Source: an uncultured Verrucomicrobiae bacterium (GTDB lineage: Bacteria > Verrucomicrobiota > Verrucomicrobiia > Limisphaerales > Palsa-1400). From it: a stretch of DNA of 64,000 nt. The notes beneath the pieces were generated by a model that did not search any database, was not told where the DNA came from, and worked only from the letters and a program-made list of their open reading frames with translations. The stretch is from contig OY969763.1 in assembly GCA_963702845.1 (NCBI GenBank), positions 4,320,001 to 4,384,000 of the forward strand. Reading direction: 5' to 3'. This document shows positions 29,664 through 39,529 of the stretch, one piece after another. Position numbers and translations under genes: made by a program. How positions within the stretch are numbered: the stretch's first letter is position 1; every line of letters starts with the position of its first letter.

Positions 29664-30875
29664 TTAATCTTTCAGGATTTTTCCGGGCACGCTGTTGAAT
29701 TCGCCGCTACCGGGTTTGAACGGATAGCGACGCTTGGTTTCTTCTGTCAGCACGATGCCGAGGCCGGGTCGGTCTGGCCGCAGAACGTAGCCGTCTTTGA
29801 TCACCAATCCGCCGTCGATGATTTCGGAGTGCAGACCGGCGTAATCCGGAGGGATTTCAAGAATGGCGGTGTTCGAGGCGACGAACCCGCAATGCACATT
29901 CTGCATCAGTGAACCGCCGGCGCCCCAGGCGTGTGTCGCAATTTTGCGCCCGCGCTTTTCCAGCAATTGTGCCACGACAAGAAATTCGCCGAGGCCTCCG
30001 GTAAAAGATGCGTCAGGTTGGCCGATGTCGAAGCTATCCTGCTCGGCAAAGACGCGCCATTCGTAGGCAGCGGTCAGGCATTCGCCGCCCGCTATTGGAG
30101 TTGTGGTGGCTTTGCAAAGTTCGGCGTATCCCCACGGATCCGTATAGTGCAACGGCTCTTCGAGGAAGAATGGATCGAAAGGTTCTATCGCGCGCGCGAC
30201 CGTCGTTGCGATATCCAATGTCCAGGTGGTTACATGATTGTTGCCCATGTGCGCGTCCATCGCCAACCAGGCATCTTTGCCGGCGTGAGAGCGCATGAAC
30301 GCGAACTTCTCCGATTCAAAGTCCGCGGCTTCCTTCGCTTCTTTCGGCATATACCAACCATCTTTCGAAACACTTCCCGCGCCGACTTTCAATCCGCGGA
30401 AGCCGAGTGAAAAGTAATGATCGATTTTTTGCGCGAGACGATCTTTTGGGTAATTGCTCGGACCACCTGTGGCGTAACAAGGCAAGCGATCATGTTTGCT
30501 TCCACCGAGCAAGGCATGAACGGGCTGTCCCAGTAACTTTCCTCTCAGATCCCAAAGTGCGGCTTCGATGCCATTGAGCACAATTATGCCAAGACCGACG
30601 CGGCACCAGAAATTGCCGCAGTGATACATGCGCCGCCACAATTCAGGGATATCATCGACGGTCTGGCCGATGAGAATCAGTTTAAAAAAATCGACGATGG
30701 CAGGAACGGCTTCCGGGCAGAAATAGCCGGCGTAGGTTTCACCGATTCCAACGGTTCCAACATCTGTAAATATTTCGATGAACGCCGCGCTACGTAGTTT
30801 GCGGGCTTCGCGCAGGAACGGGTCATCGGTGCAAGGCCCCGTCAATAAGGTGGTGCGGACGTCAGTGATAATCAT
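29664..30875 (-). CDS. Mandelate racemase/muconate lactonizing enzyme family (enolase superfamily), likely acid-sugar dehydratase
   Basis: GIEAALWDLRGK..GQPV..LLGG, MDAH, LEEP, AGGE, QPD, PDRPGLG. Confidence 0.9.
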   Translation of the reverse strand: MIITDVRTTLLTGPCTDDPFLREARKLRSAAFIEIFTDVGTVGIGETYAGYFCPEAVPAIVDFFKLILIGQTVDDIPELWRRMYHCGNFWCRVGLGIIVLNGIEAALWDLRGKLLGQPVHALLGGSKHDRLPCYATGGPSNYPKDRLAQKIDHYFSLGFRGLKVGAGSVSKDGWYMPKEAKEAADFESEKFAFMRSHAGKDAWLAMDAHMGNNHVTTWTLDIATTVARAIEPFDPFFLEEPLHYTDPWGYAELCKATTTPIAGGECLTAAYEWRVFAEQDSFDIGQPDASFTGGLGEFLVVAQLLEKRGRKIATHAWGAGGSLMQNVHCGFVASNTAILEIPPDYAGLHSEIIDGGLVIKDGYVLRPDRPGLGIVLTEETKRRYPFKPGSGEFNSVPGKILKD

Positions 30876-32197
30876 TTCGTGGCGACCTCCACAAAGCGTC
30901 CCCAGATGTCGCGGTTCATGCCTTTGCTCCAGCCGCCCAGGTCGTAAGCTACGAAGATTTTATTATCCGTCGGCGTCTCTTCCACCGCCATGTAGTGCGT
31001 GGTGAGCACGCCGGAAGTCATGCGCACTACGTTGCTCCAGGTTTGGCCGTGGTCGGTACTGAATGCGATGTAATTGCCGTTCCAGGAATGTTCGGGATGC
31101 GCCCAGCAGGCTTTTTGTGGAATACGAACACCAAACGCCGCCACGAGAATTCCGCTACGCAACTCGATCAAATCGGGGTCAACCACTGCGCCGCGAAGTT
31201 CGTCCGGATTGTTCTCATCCAAAAGATTTTTTCCTTTCGAGCCTTTGAAATTTCGAAAGTGATCCACCCAAAGTTCCGTCCGATAGATATCCAGATTTGC
31301 AAAGACCAATGGATGATGTGGGCTCCATGTAACGCCATCGTCGTCCGAGGTGGCTTCGCGCAGTTCGCGTCCGGTGCGCATCAAGCAGATGAGTCGGCCA
31401 ATGTTTGGCCCCTTCGACAGTCGCGCGATGACTGGCTCACAAAATCCTTCGGTGCCAATTTCCGAGCCGACCGCCACAGTCGAAACCAGCTTCCAATGTT
31501 GCCCACGATCGCTCGACCGCACGAGCAAGGTGCGAGCCTTCATCATCGTTGGCATGTAAGTCGACGGCGTGTTGTCGCCGTTGAGTTGGCCGTAGAATGT
31601 TGCGGTCAAATCGCCGTTCGGTAGTTCGAGAATGCGCCGATGCAACCGTTGCGCGTCGTGAGGATGACCACCGTCGTCTTTGGACGCATAAAAATTGACG
31701 TTCGGCAAATCAAAGGGGACGTCTTCGGGGCCTTCCAAAGTCTTCCAGTCGTCAGTGGATGTGTAGAGCTGTCCGACTCCGTCGCCAGGCTTTTTGCCCG
31801 GCACGATGTAAGTGTCGAGGGCGAGAATGGTACCGTCGCGCAATTGCACGATTCCACCCTCCGCGTTCAATCCGTTCTCGCCGGGTTTGCGCGGGATCTT
31901 CGTCCAAGTTTGGGTGTTATCGCGCGAAATCCACGTCTCGAGGGCAGATGGATAAGCCATGCGCGAGGAGAGCAATGATTTTTCGGGCACTTGTGCCTGA
32001 ACTATGAATGTGCCGGATTTCGTGCAGAGCATGGACGGTTGCAGGCCGCGCGGTATCACCAGCTTTTCTTCGCCGAAGAACAGTCGCAATTTGCCATCTG
32101 CTTCGATCATCTCCGGGATATTGGGACGTTGCGCCGTTCCAGCTCCGATAATCTGATGCGCCAGCAGCAGCCCGAAAAGGACGAGGGTTCTTTTCAT
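30872..32197 (-). CDS. Secreted BNR/Asp-box beta-propeller (sialidase-like) protein
   Basis: Signal peptide MKRTLVLFGLLL; Asp boxes SRDNTQTW, STDDWKT, SSDRGQHW, SDDDGVTW, STDHGQTW. Confidence 0.85.
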   Translation of the reverse strand: MKRTLVLFGLLLAHQIIGAGTAQRPNIPEMIEADGKLRLFFGEEKLVIPRGLQPSMLCTKSGTFIVQAQVPEKSLLSSRMAYPSALETWISRDNTQTWTKIPRKPGENGLNAEGGIVQLRDGTILALDTYIVPGKKPGDGVGQLYTSTDDWKTLEGPEDVPFDLPNVNFYASKDDGGHPHDAQRLHRRILELPNGDLTATFYGQLNGDNTPSTYMPTMMKARTLLVRSSDRGQHWKLVSTVAVGSEIGTEGFCEPVIARLSKGPNIGRLICLMRTGRELREATSDDDGVTWSPHHPLVFANLDIYRTELWVDHFRNFKGSKGKNLLDENNPDELRGAVVDPDLIELRSGILVAAFGVRIPQKACWAHPEHSWNGNYIAFSTDHGQTWSNVVRMTSGVLTTHYMAVEETPTDNKIFVAYDLGGWSKGMNRDIWGRFVEVATK

Positions 32198-33120
32198 GTT
32201 TTGTAACTCCATTGCGGATATTTTTTCTTAATCACGTCTGAAATTCTTCCGAACGTTTCCTCGCTCAAACCGCTGTACGGTGGAAGCAGGCGAAGTGGAA
32301 AATCAGGATCGTGGATTTTGCAGAACACTTTATCGAAAGCTCCGTCCATGTGCGCCTCGCTTCGTCCGAGGGCGACGATCTCGTCGATCATCTCGCTAAG
32401 TTCACGTTGTTGACGATGCATCCCTTTCAAATCCTGGCGTTGGCCGGCTTCGAAATAACACTTTGCTTGATCGAAATTCACTGAGGCCACCGAAACCAGG
32501 AACCCACATTCGCCGAGCTGGCTACCATAGGCGAAACCAGTCTCGGTGAAAAAGTGCTGGAGCTGCGGCGCTTTTGTCATCAGTCCGGAAATCCGCTCGG
32601 TCAAATCGGTGCTGTTTTTTGTGGCGACGAGGTTCGCGTGTTTGTCCGCCAAGGCGCCGTATTCTTCCGGTGTTACAAGGCGTTTTGCGCGCAGCAGATT
32701 GTAATGAAGAAATGAACAATCGGGAAAACGTCCGCATGTTTCAGCAAAGAACGTTTTCAGTTCGGCATCACTGAGCGCGCCCCAACTTGGCAGCGAAATT
32801 TGAAAATGACGGATTCCCATTTGCCGCGCGCGCTCAATTCGCTCAATGATCGTCGGTAATGAAAGACTGATTACACCGACCATCCCCGGAACATTGTGTT
32901 GCGTTGTTTCCTCGCGGAAGATGCGAACAATCTGATCGAATTGGCTTTCGGTGACGGCGTAGCCTTCGCCGGCGGTGCCGAACAGGTAGATGTTGTGCGT
33001 GAGGTTTTTGGCGAGATTACGGATTTCGCGACGGAAGATGGGTTCTGCGAGCGTGCCATCCTCGTTCCAGGGAATGCAGCACGTGGCGAGAATGCAGGCT
33101 GGATAACGTTTGACGTTCAC
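32194..33120 (-). CDS. DHDPS/N-acetylneuraminate lyase family class I aldolase
   Basis: GTAGEG, LHYN, ATKNS (Schiff-base Lys). Confidence 0.85.
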   Translation of the reverse strand: MNVKRYPACILATCCIPWNEDGTLAEPIFRREIRNLAKNLTHNIYLFGTAGEGYAVTESQFDQIVRIFREETTQHNVPGMVGVISLSLPTIIERIERARQMGIRHFQISLPSWGALSDAELKTFFAETCGRFPDCSFLHYNLLRAKRLVTPEEYGALADKHANLVATKNSTDLTERISGLMTKAPQLQHFFTETGFAYGSQLGECGFLVSVASVNFDQAKCYFEAGQRQDLKGMHRQQRELSEMIDEIVALGRSEAHMDGAFDKVFCKIHDPDFPLRLLPPYSGLSEETFGRISDVIKKKYPQWSYKT

Positions 33121-34236
33121 GGTTTAAGCGAAGGCACGATGGCGCTTTTGGTGGCCTGTCCGGAAGCGGTCATAGCGAGAGCTTCATTGGCTTGTTCGAT
33201 CGAAAAGCGGTGCGACACCATTTCGGCGAATGGAAATTGCTTTTGATTCGCTCGCAAGAAATCGATCGCCATTTTCATGTGACGCGGCTCGCTCGACCAC
33301 GAACCGAAGATGCTTAGCTGTTTGCGCGTCACAACGTGCGGGTTCCAACTCACTGGTCCCGCATCACAATAGTGACCGAGAACCAGATATTTTCCGCCGT
33401 CGCGGCACATCTCCATGCCTTCGACGACCGCGACTGGAATACCGACGCATTCGAGCACGCACGTCCGCGCCATAACCGCGCGTCACGTCTCGAACGGCGG
33501 CGATCCGGTCAGCGGGCGTTGGCACCTGTTCGATATCGATCAGTTGGTCGGCACCAAAACGTCTGGCCATTTCGAGGCGATGCTTCGGCGCGCCGATGAC
33601 AATGACGCAGCTAGCGCCGGCCGTTTTGGCTACGGCGAGAGCCGCAATTCCAACTGGTCCAGCTCCTTGCACAACCACGATGTCGTTTTCGGAAATGCCA
33701 GTGCGTTCGATGCCGTGAATGGCAGTGTTTAAGGCGCAACCAGCACCGATGACAGATTCCGTTGGTAAATCGTCCGGCAGTTTAAAAATCGCGGAGCGCG
33801 GTTTGAGATAATGGAATTCAGCGTAACCACCGAGGAAATGTGGGGCGCAGTCACAAGGCTGACTGATGCCGTAGGCGCGCCGGTTGATGCAGCGGGTTGG
33901 AACTTTCTTTTCGGCGCAATAATAACAGGAACCGCACGTCAATCCTGCGCTCCATGCTATACGATCACCGACGCGCAAAGATTGGCCTGACCAATCCAGT
34001 TCCACGCCATCGCCGAGAGCTTCGATGCGGCCGACCGTCTCGTGACCGAGAATGACCGGCAGCTTGATTGGAAGTTCGCCTTTCCACAAATGCACATCGG
34101 TGCCGCAGGTCCCGGCCATTTCGGTGCGAACGAGAACTGCGCCGGGTTCAGGCCGCGCAGGCAATTCGTAATTCAATAGCGCCAGGGGAGCTTTGAATTT
34201 TTCGAGGACGGAAGCTTTGGCTGTAGCAATCTTCAT
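33117..34236 (-). CDS. Zinc-binding alcohol dehydrogenase, frameshift near 33465
   Basis: CGTDVH, GHE, CGSCYYC..C, GAGPVG, then GADV/VLECVG in the next frame. Confidence 0.88.
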
Positions 34237-36866
34237 GGAAACTGGGTTTCGGCCTTTGGATGGCTAGTCAGGTTTTTTTTGTAACGGAGATTGCGCCCGA
34301 GCTCCAACGCCTGCACAAACGCCTCGCCTGATTTTGTCGCGCCTTTTTCCTCGTAAGTACGGCCCGCGAAATGAACTTCGACAATACCGTTGCTGGGCGT
34401 GATCCCGCTGAAAAAAAGATCAATCGCTTTGTTCGGTCCGCCAGCCTTCGCGGAGACATCCATTTCTTCTACGACTTTGTTTCCGTTGATGAAAATATCG
34501 AAACAATTTTGCGTGGTGTCGATTTCGCGGGTGTTGGCAAACGCGAGACGAAGGTCATATTTGCCGGGGCCAACAGTAAGATTGACCCGGAAATCGTGTC
34601 CATGAAGCCCATGACGGTATAATTCCGTATCGCGAGTGCCGGTAACGACGTTTGCGGCATTCGTCCACCAACTGGCGGCTATTGTATCCATACGCTGGCC
34701 GGCTCTGAATACGACTTCCGTGCCCGGACGCCACGAGTTGCCGTGGGTATCGCGGTAATCGTTCCGTTTCGTGTAACCAAAGATCATGCGCTGCGGTTCG
34801 GAAGGACCCGTGTCGCTTGGAAAATGAGACGCTTTATTTTCAGCGGAGAACTGAACGGCATCAACGTAGACCCGTTTGCCCCGTGAATAGGGATTGCCAG
34901 CACCCAGCGCGACAATCTTTAAAGTGTGCTCGGCAGTTTCGAGACCATTTCTGTAATAGAGAGTTTGATTGGTGCGGAGAGATGGATTCCAGAAATCGAT
35001 CGGCACCATTTGTTTTTCGCCGTAGATGAAAACTTCGGCTTGGCCACCAAACTCATCAGCACGACCGATGAGGCGAATTTGATTCCCGTAAAACCTGGCA
35101 GTGACGGCTGCGCCTTTCTCAGTGGTGTAGAACGTGTCCTGTTGCTTTTCCCACGCACCTTCATACTGCAAGGCAGGCGCGCCGACTTGGCTTTGCGGAT
35201 CTTTTCCCGTGATGACAATTTGTCGCGCAGCATCGTGACGGATTCGAACGATAGCATCCCCGTTCGGCAGTTTTTTGACCGCAAAGCCGTTCTTTTTCAG
35301 GTCGCTGCGAGAGCGCAAGCGTTGCCCGTCCGCCGTTATTGCGTCGGGAACAAATGAAAGGCGAAGCACGTCGATGGTTTTGGGCGGCGCATCAAATGTC
35401 GAATAGGTAATTGTCCCCTTCCCGTAATTGATCGAGTTCACAACAGCGGTGGAACGGACCAGATGATTCTCCCGGCACGCGCCGAGTTCCTCCGGGAGCC
35501 AGCCGATAGCGGAAAGCACCCAACGCAGAGGCAATGGATGGGCGATATTCAACCAATTGCCATTAACGATTACTCCACCGTCGATGTTGTCTTCGCTGAC
35601 GCCGGTTTCGTGGACATCGTAGGTCTGCAAAACGAACTGGCGGTAAGCGAGTTCACGCGCCCAGGAATCATTAGCCTCGACAGCGTATTGAGCGGTGACG
35701 CCGCCATCCAACAGTGGTGCATACCAAAGCGAGCGACCGCAGCAACTACTGGATTCCGGATAAGCCCATGCGCCGCTATAGACATCACCGCTGGAAAGAG
35801 GATTGGCGCTGGAGCGGCCCAGGAATTCCGTGAGAATATTGCGCGCGTCACTCCGCCAGTTTGGAAAGCGATCTTTGTTGGAGATCAAATAGGCGGCGAC
35901 GTCGGCAGTGGTGGAACAGTTCTGCACTCCGTTTGGCCAATCCCAAAAATAATAGGCCCAGGTGTCGTCAACATTCCAACGAGGCAACAATTTTTCGTTG
36001 AGATAGCGGTCGCCAGCATCACGTGCTTTGACAATCTCTTGATTTTTTCCGGTGTGACCCATGCGGATCAATTCATCGAGAAACGCCAGGATCATGGTGA
36101 CGCCACCAGTCTGTTTGTTCACGCCTTTCCATCGGCAGCTCACTGGATTTGCATACCGAGGCCAGGGATCGGAACCGGGGGCCAGGTTGCAGTTTTTGGC
36201 CAATAGATCACCCCAATGTTTTATGGCATCAAGCCAGCGAGCGTTGCCAGTCACTTCGTACGCGCGCAGCAAAGCTCGCCCCATGTCGGCGGAAATATCG
36301 AGCTGGATCATTCCTCGAGGATCGGCGTCGCCATAGGGCTTGCCTTTTACTGGCACGCTGATCGGAAATTTCGGCCACGGATGATTAGCGGGCGTGAGGG
36401 CGTGGTCGATCAAGTAGTCGCCCATGTAGGTGAGGTGAGCGATGGCGACCGGATCGCCGGAGTAACGGTAGTAATCGACCATGCCGTTAAGCACGCTGAC
36501 GGAGCGTTGGCCGAGATCGCCGTTCATCCAATCGCCGGGATTTTCGGGAGTGATGACACCGTTCGAAGCGATCTGCCACTTGCTGGTGAACAGATAATCC
36601 GGATAAGCCGCGATGGCTGTGTTGGTCGTGGTCCACGGATAACGTTTCAATGTTTCAGCCGCAATCCGAACACGGAAATCGCACTGACCATTGAGCTGTT
36701 TGTACCACGGAGCAATTACACCGTTCTTATCCGTAACAGCGTCGTGACCGTAATAATGCTTTTGACTGGTGCTTCCCAAAGCCGACGCGCACGAGAGAAA
36801 CAACGTCGCGAAAAGACTGATACCGTCTGCCACCGCGCGGTTAATTTTGCGATTATCTCTTTTCAC
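34233..36866 (-). CDS. Large secreted protein with C-terminal carbohydrate-binding (malectin-like) domain; possible glycoside hydrolase
   Basis: N-terminal signal; C-terminal GKYDLRLAFA...FDIFING...MDVSAKAGGPNKA...NGIVEVHF malectin-like pattern. Confidence 0.7.
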   Translation of the reverse strand: MKRDNRKINRAVADGISLFATLFLSCASALGSTSQKHYYGHDAVTDKNGVIAPWYKQLNGQCDFRVRIAAETLKRYPWTTTNTAIAAYPDYLFTSKWQIASNGVITPENPGDWMNGDLGQRSVSVLNGMVDYYRYSGDPVAIAHLTYMGDYLIDHALTPANHPWPKFPISVPVKGKPYGDADPRGMIQLDISADMGRALLRAYEVTGNARWLDAIKHWGDLLAKNCNLAPGSDPWPRYANPVSCRWKGVNKQTGGVTMILAFLDELIRMGHTGKNQEIVKARDAGDRYLNEKLLPRWNVDDTWAYYFWDWPNGVQNCSTTADVAAYLISNKDRFPNWRSDARNILTEFLGRSSANPLSSGDVYSGAWAYPESSSCCGRSLWYAPLLDGGVTAQYAVEANDSWARELAYRQFVLQTYDVHETGVSEDNIDGGVIVNGNWLNIAHPLPLRWVLSAIGWLPEELGACRENHLVRSTAVVNSINYGKGTITYSTFDAPPKTIDVLRLSFVPDAITADGQRLRSRSDLKKNGFAVKKLPNGDAIVRIRHDAARQIVITGKDPQSQVGAPALQYEGAWEKQQDTFYTTEKGAAVTARFYGNQIRLIGRADEFGGQAEVFIYGEKQMVPIDFWNPSLRTNQTLYYRNGLETAEHTLKIVALGAGNPYSRGKRVYVDAVQFSAENKASHFPSDTGPSEPQRMIFGYTKRNDYRDTHGNSWRPGTEVVFRAGQRMDTIAASWWTNAANVVTGTRDTELYRHGLHGHDFRVNLTVGPGKYDLRLAFANTREIDTTQNCFDIFINGNKVVEEMDVSAKAGGPNKAIDLFFSGITPSNGIVEVHFAGRTYEEKGATKSGEAFVQALELGRNLRYKKNLTSHPKAETQFP

Positions 36867-36904
36867 AAAATGGTTTCAGTTTTCGGCAAATCGCGCGCGA
36901 TGGC

Positions 36905-37708
36905 TCAACTCTCAAGCGTCACCGGATTTGTCAGTTTGCCGATGTTCTCGATTTCGATGGTCACGACGTCGCCGGGCTTCAGCCAACGCGGCGGTTTTTG
37001 TCCCATACCGACTCCGTGTGGTGTGCCGGTCAGAATCACTGTGCCCGCCAATAGCGTTGTGCTGGCGCTGAGAAATTCGATAAGCGCGGGAACATCAAAA
37101 ATCATGTCGTTGGTGTTCCAACTTTGAACCGTGTCTCCGTTCAGGATTGTTTTGATCGCGAGAGAGTTCGGATTCGGAATTTCGTCCGCAGTGACAAGAC
37201 AAGGGCCAAGAGGCGCGAACGTATCGAAAAACTTGCCGCGACTCCATTGGCCGCCGCCGCGCTTGATCTGCCAGTCGCGCGCGCTGACATCGTTGGCGCA
37301 CATATAACCGAGCACATTTTTCAAAGCGTCAGCACGGCTGACGTTCTTGCACTTTTTGCCGATGACAACGGCGAGTTCACATTCGTAATCCACCTCGTCG
37401 CTTTTCATGAACGTCGGAATCTGGATCGGGTCGTCCGGGTTCTGAACGGTGTTGAGTCCTTTTGCGAAGAGCACGGGATACTCTGGAATTTTCGCGCCGC
37501 TTTCTTCAGCGTGTTTCCGGTAGTTCAGGCCGATGCCCAAAATGGAGGTGGGCGCGAGGGGCGCGAGCAACTTCGCAACTTTCGCAGGTTCGTTGGTGAT
37601 TTCGGGCTTGTCGAAGATGTCGCCGCGCAGCTTGAAAACTTTTCCTGCTGCGTCGAGTGCTCCGAATTCGATTTGTTTGGATGGGGTTTCGTAACGTACG
37701 ATTTTCAT
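36905..37708 (-). CDS. Fumarylacetoacetate hydrolase family protein
   Basis: IGLNYRKH, DYECEL, NDVSARD, GKFFDTFAPLGP, TGTPHGVG. Confidence 0.92.
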   Translation of the reverse strand: MKIVRYETPSKQIEFGALDAAGKVFKLRGDIFDKPEITNEPAKVAKLLAPLAPTSILGIGLNYRKHAEESGAKIPEYPVLFAKGLNTVQNPDDPIQIPTFMKSDEVDYECELAVVIGKKCKNVSRADALKNVLGYMCANDVSARDWQIKRGGGQWSRGKFFDTFAPLGPCLVTADEIPNPNSLAIKTILNGDTVQSWNTNDMIFDVPALIEFLSASTTLLAGTVILTGTPHGVGMGQKPPRWLKPGDVVTIEIENIGKLTNPVTLES

Positions 37709-37715
37709 AGATGTT

Positions 37716-38441
37716 TTAAATAGCTTTGGCCGCCGCCTTGCCGGTCAACGTTTGATAAATCTTCTCTGCCATAAGATGCGCGCCCTCGATGTTCGGATGA
37801 ACACCATCGGGGAACAGTGCGCTATAATTTTCAAGTGCGACGTAAAGATCGATCAGCGGTAGATGCTTTTGGCGGGCGATTTCGTTGATTTTGGGAATGA
37901 TTTCTTCGGTCAAAATCTTGTCTGTGTCATAACTCTTGCCCCGATCACGAAACAGCGGCACCGGCCGGCAAAGATAAATGCGCGGTTTTGTGTCGAGTTC
38001 CTGAAATTTCCCGATGAGTTCAAGGTAATCGCTGAGGAATTCGGCTTTGTGCAACGTCCAATTTTTCTCGTTGGTGTCGTTTGTGCCGAGCTGGATGACG
38101 ACGACGTTTGGCTTAAATGAAAGTGCACCGTGAAACGCGGGTTGGGTATTGTAAGGACGTGTTGCGTTCTTAAGGGCAGCCGCTCCATTCACGCCGAAAT
38201 TTCGCACATGCCATTTATCACCCAGCAAAACCGCTAATTGAGCGGGATAACTGTTGTGGTCGGGATTTGGGATGCGATGACCAAAGGTAATGCTATCGCC
38301 AATGCACGCAACGCGGATGGGCGTTTGGTAATCGGCTTCGCGGATAGGTTTGTCGTATCGTGCGGTGCTGCATGAAACGAATGCGACAGTCGTAACGACC
38401 AACAGAACGAACTGAATTAAATTTCGCAAGCCTTGTTTCAT
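37716..38441 (-). CDS. SGNH/GDSL esterase lipoprotein
   Basis: Lipobox-like FVSC; IGDSIT, NFGVNG, LGTND, DGVHP. Confidence 0.9.
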   Translation of the reverse strand: MKQGLRNLIQFVLLVVTTVAFVSCSTARYDKPIREADYQTPIRVACIGDSITFGHRIPNPDHNSYPAQLAVLLGDKWHVRNFGVNGAAALKNATRPYNTQPAFHGALSFKPNVVVIQLGTNDTNEKNWTLHKAEFLSDYLELIGKFQELDTKPRIYLCRPVPLFRDRGKSYDTDKILTEEIIPKINEIARQKHLPLIDLYVALENYSALFPDGVHPNIEGAHLMAEKIYQTLTGKAAAKAI

Positions 38442-39529
38442 ATAGGAAGTGTGTTTCTGAAAAATCGCAGCCAGTTGCCGAAAAAGATTTCATCGATGTC
38501 GTTCGCGCTATAGCCGCGTGCGGCGAGGATGGTCTCGAGTTTGTGCAAATCGGAAATCGTATTGAGGTCGCCGGGCGTTTGTTCAGTCCCGAAACCGCCA
38601 TCGAGGTCGCTGCCGATGGCGCAATGATCGGTGTTGCCGGCGAGTTGGCAGATGTGATCGATATGGTTTGCCGCGTCTTCGATTTTCACCAAACGAGGAT
38701 CGGTTTGTCCGCGCTTCCAATTCGGGTAGAGCATCCACGCATCGAACGCGGCTCCGATAATGGCGTTTCGCGCAAGAAGGAGTTTGATCTGTTCGTCTGT
38801 GAGTTGGCGCTCTCCCGGCACTAGAGCGCGACAGTTGTGATGACTCGCGATCATCGGACCGTCATACACGTCCAGCGCGTGAGTGAACGACTCATCTGAA
38901 AGGTGAGTGACATCGAGGACCATGCCAATTCGTTTAAATTCTTTAAGAAGGCGAACACCAGAGTCGCTGAGGGGGCCGTCAGTCGAGGTGCCGCATGCAT
39001 ATTGGCTGCGTCCGTAGTGAGCGGGACCGACGCAGCGCAAACCATCATTGAACCAGGTCTCCGTTTGTTCCGGCTGCAGTATCGGATCGGCGCCCTCCAT
39101 GCCGAGAATGATCCCGAGCGGTGTGGTTGCGGCGTTCTTCTGCCACGCTTGCCAATGAACGGTGAGCTGAGAGCGTGTTTTGATGATGCGAAGAACGCCT
39201 TCGCGTTCAAGTTGGCGATAGTAGGCAAGCTGGCCCTGGGCGTGCGCATAGGCGACGCGCTGTTGGGCGTAGTCGAGGTCTGTTCGTTTGAACGCGGCTT
39301 GCGCCAATTTATCCGGCCCACTTCGTGCCATCAACGTCGCGATGCAAACCGCAACGTTCGCGCAGCGAAGTTCAGGAAACGAAACGATATTGCGCTCGCG
39401 TGCCAGTTCATCAGTCATTCCCGCCTCAGCGCGGCGAATGTCCGAAATGCTTTGCGTCAGGTCGCGATTGAAATACATCGCGCTCCACGCAAGGTCCAAA
39501 TGGGCATCAATGAGCGGTCTCATGGTCAT
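38438..39529 (-). CDS. Membrane dipeptidase (peptidase M19) family
   Basis: DAHLD, MEGAD, DVTH, ASHHN, GSDLDGG. Confidence 0.9.
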   Translation of the reverse strand: MTMRPLIDAHLDLAWSAMYFNRDLTQSISDIRRAEAGMTDELARERNIVSFPELRCANVAVCIATLMARSGPDKLAQAAFKRTDLDYAQQRVAYAHAQGQLAYYRQLEREGVLRIIKTRSQLTVHWQAWQKNAATTPLGIILGMEGADPILQPEQTETWFNDGLRCVGPAHYGRSQYACGTSTDGPLSDSGVRLLKEFKRIGMVLDVTHLSDESFTHALDVYDGPMIASHHNCRALVPGERQLTDEQIKLLLARNAIIGAAFDAWMLYPNWKRGQTDPRLVKIEDAANHIDHICQLAGNTDHCAIGSDLDGGFGTEQTPGDLNTISDLHKLETILAARGYSANDIDEIFFGNWLRFFRNTLPI

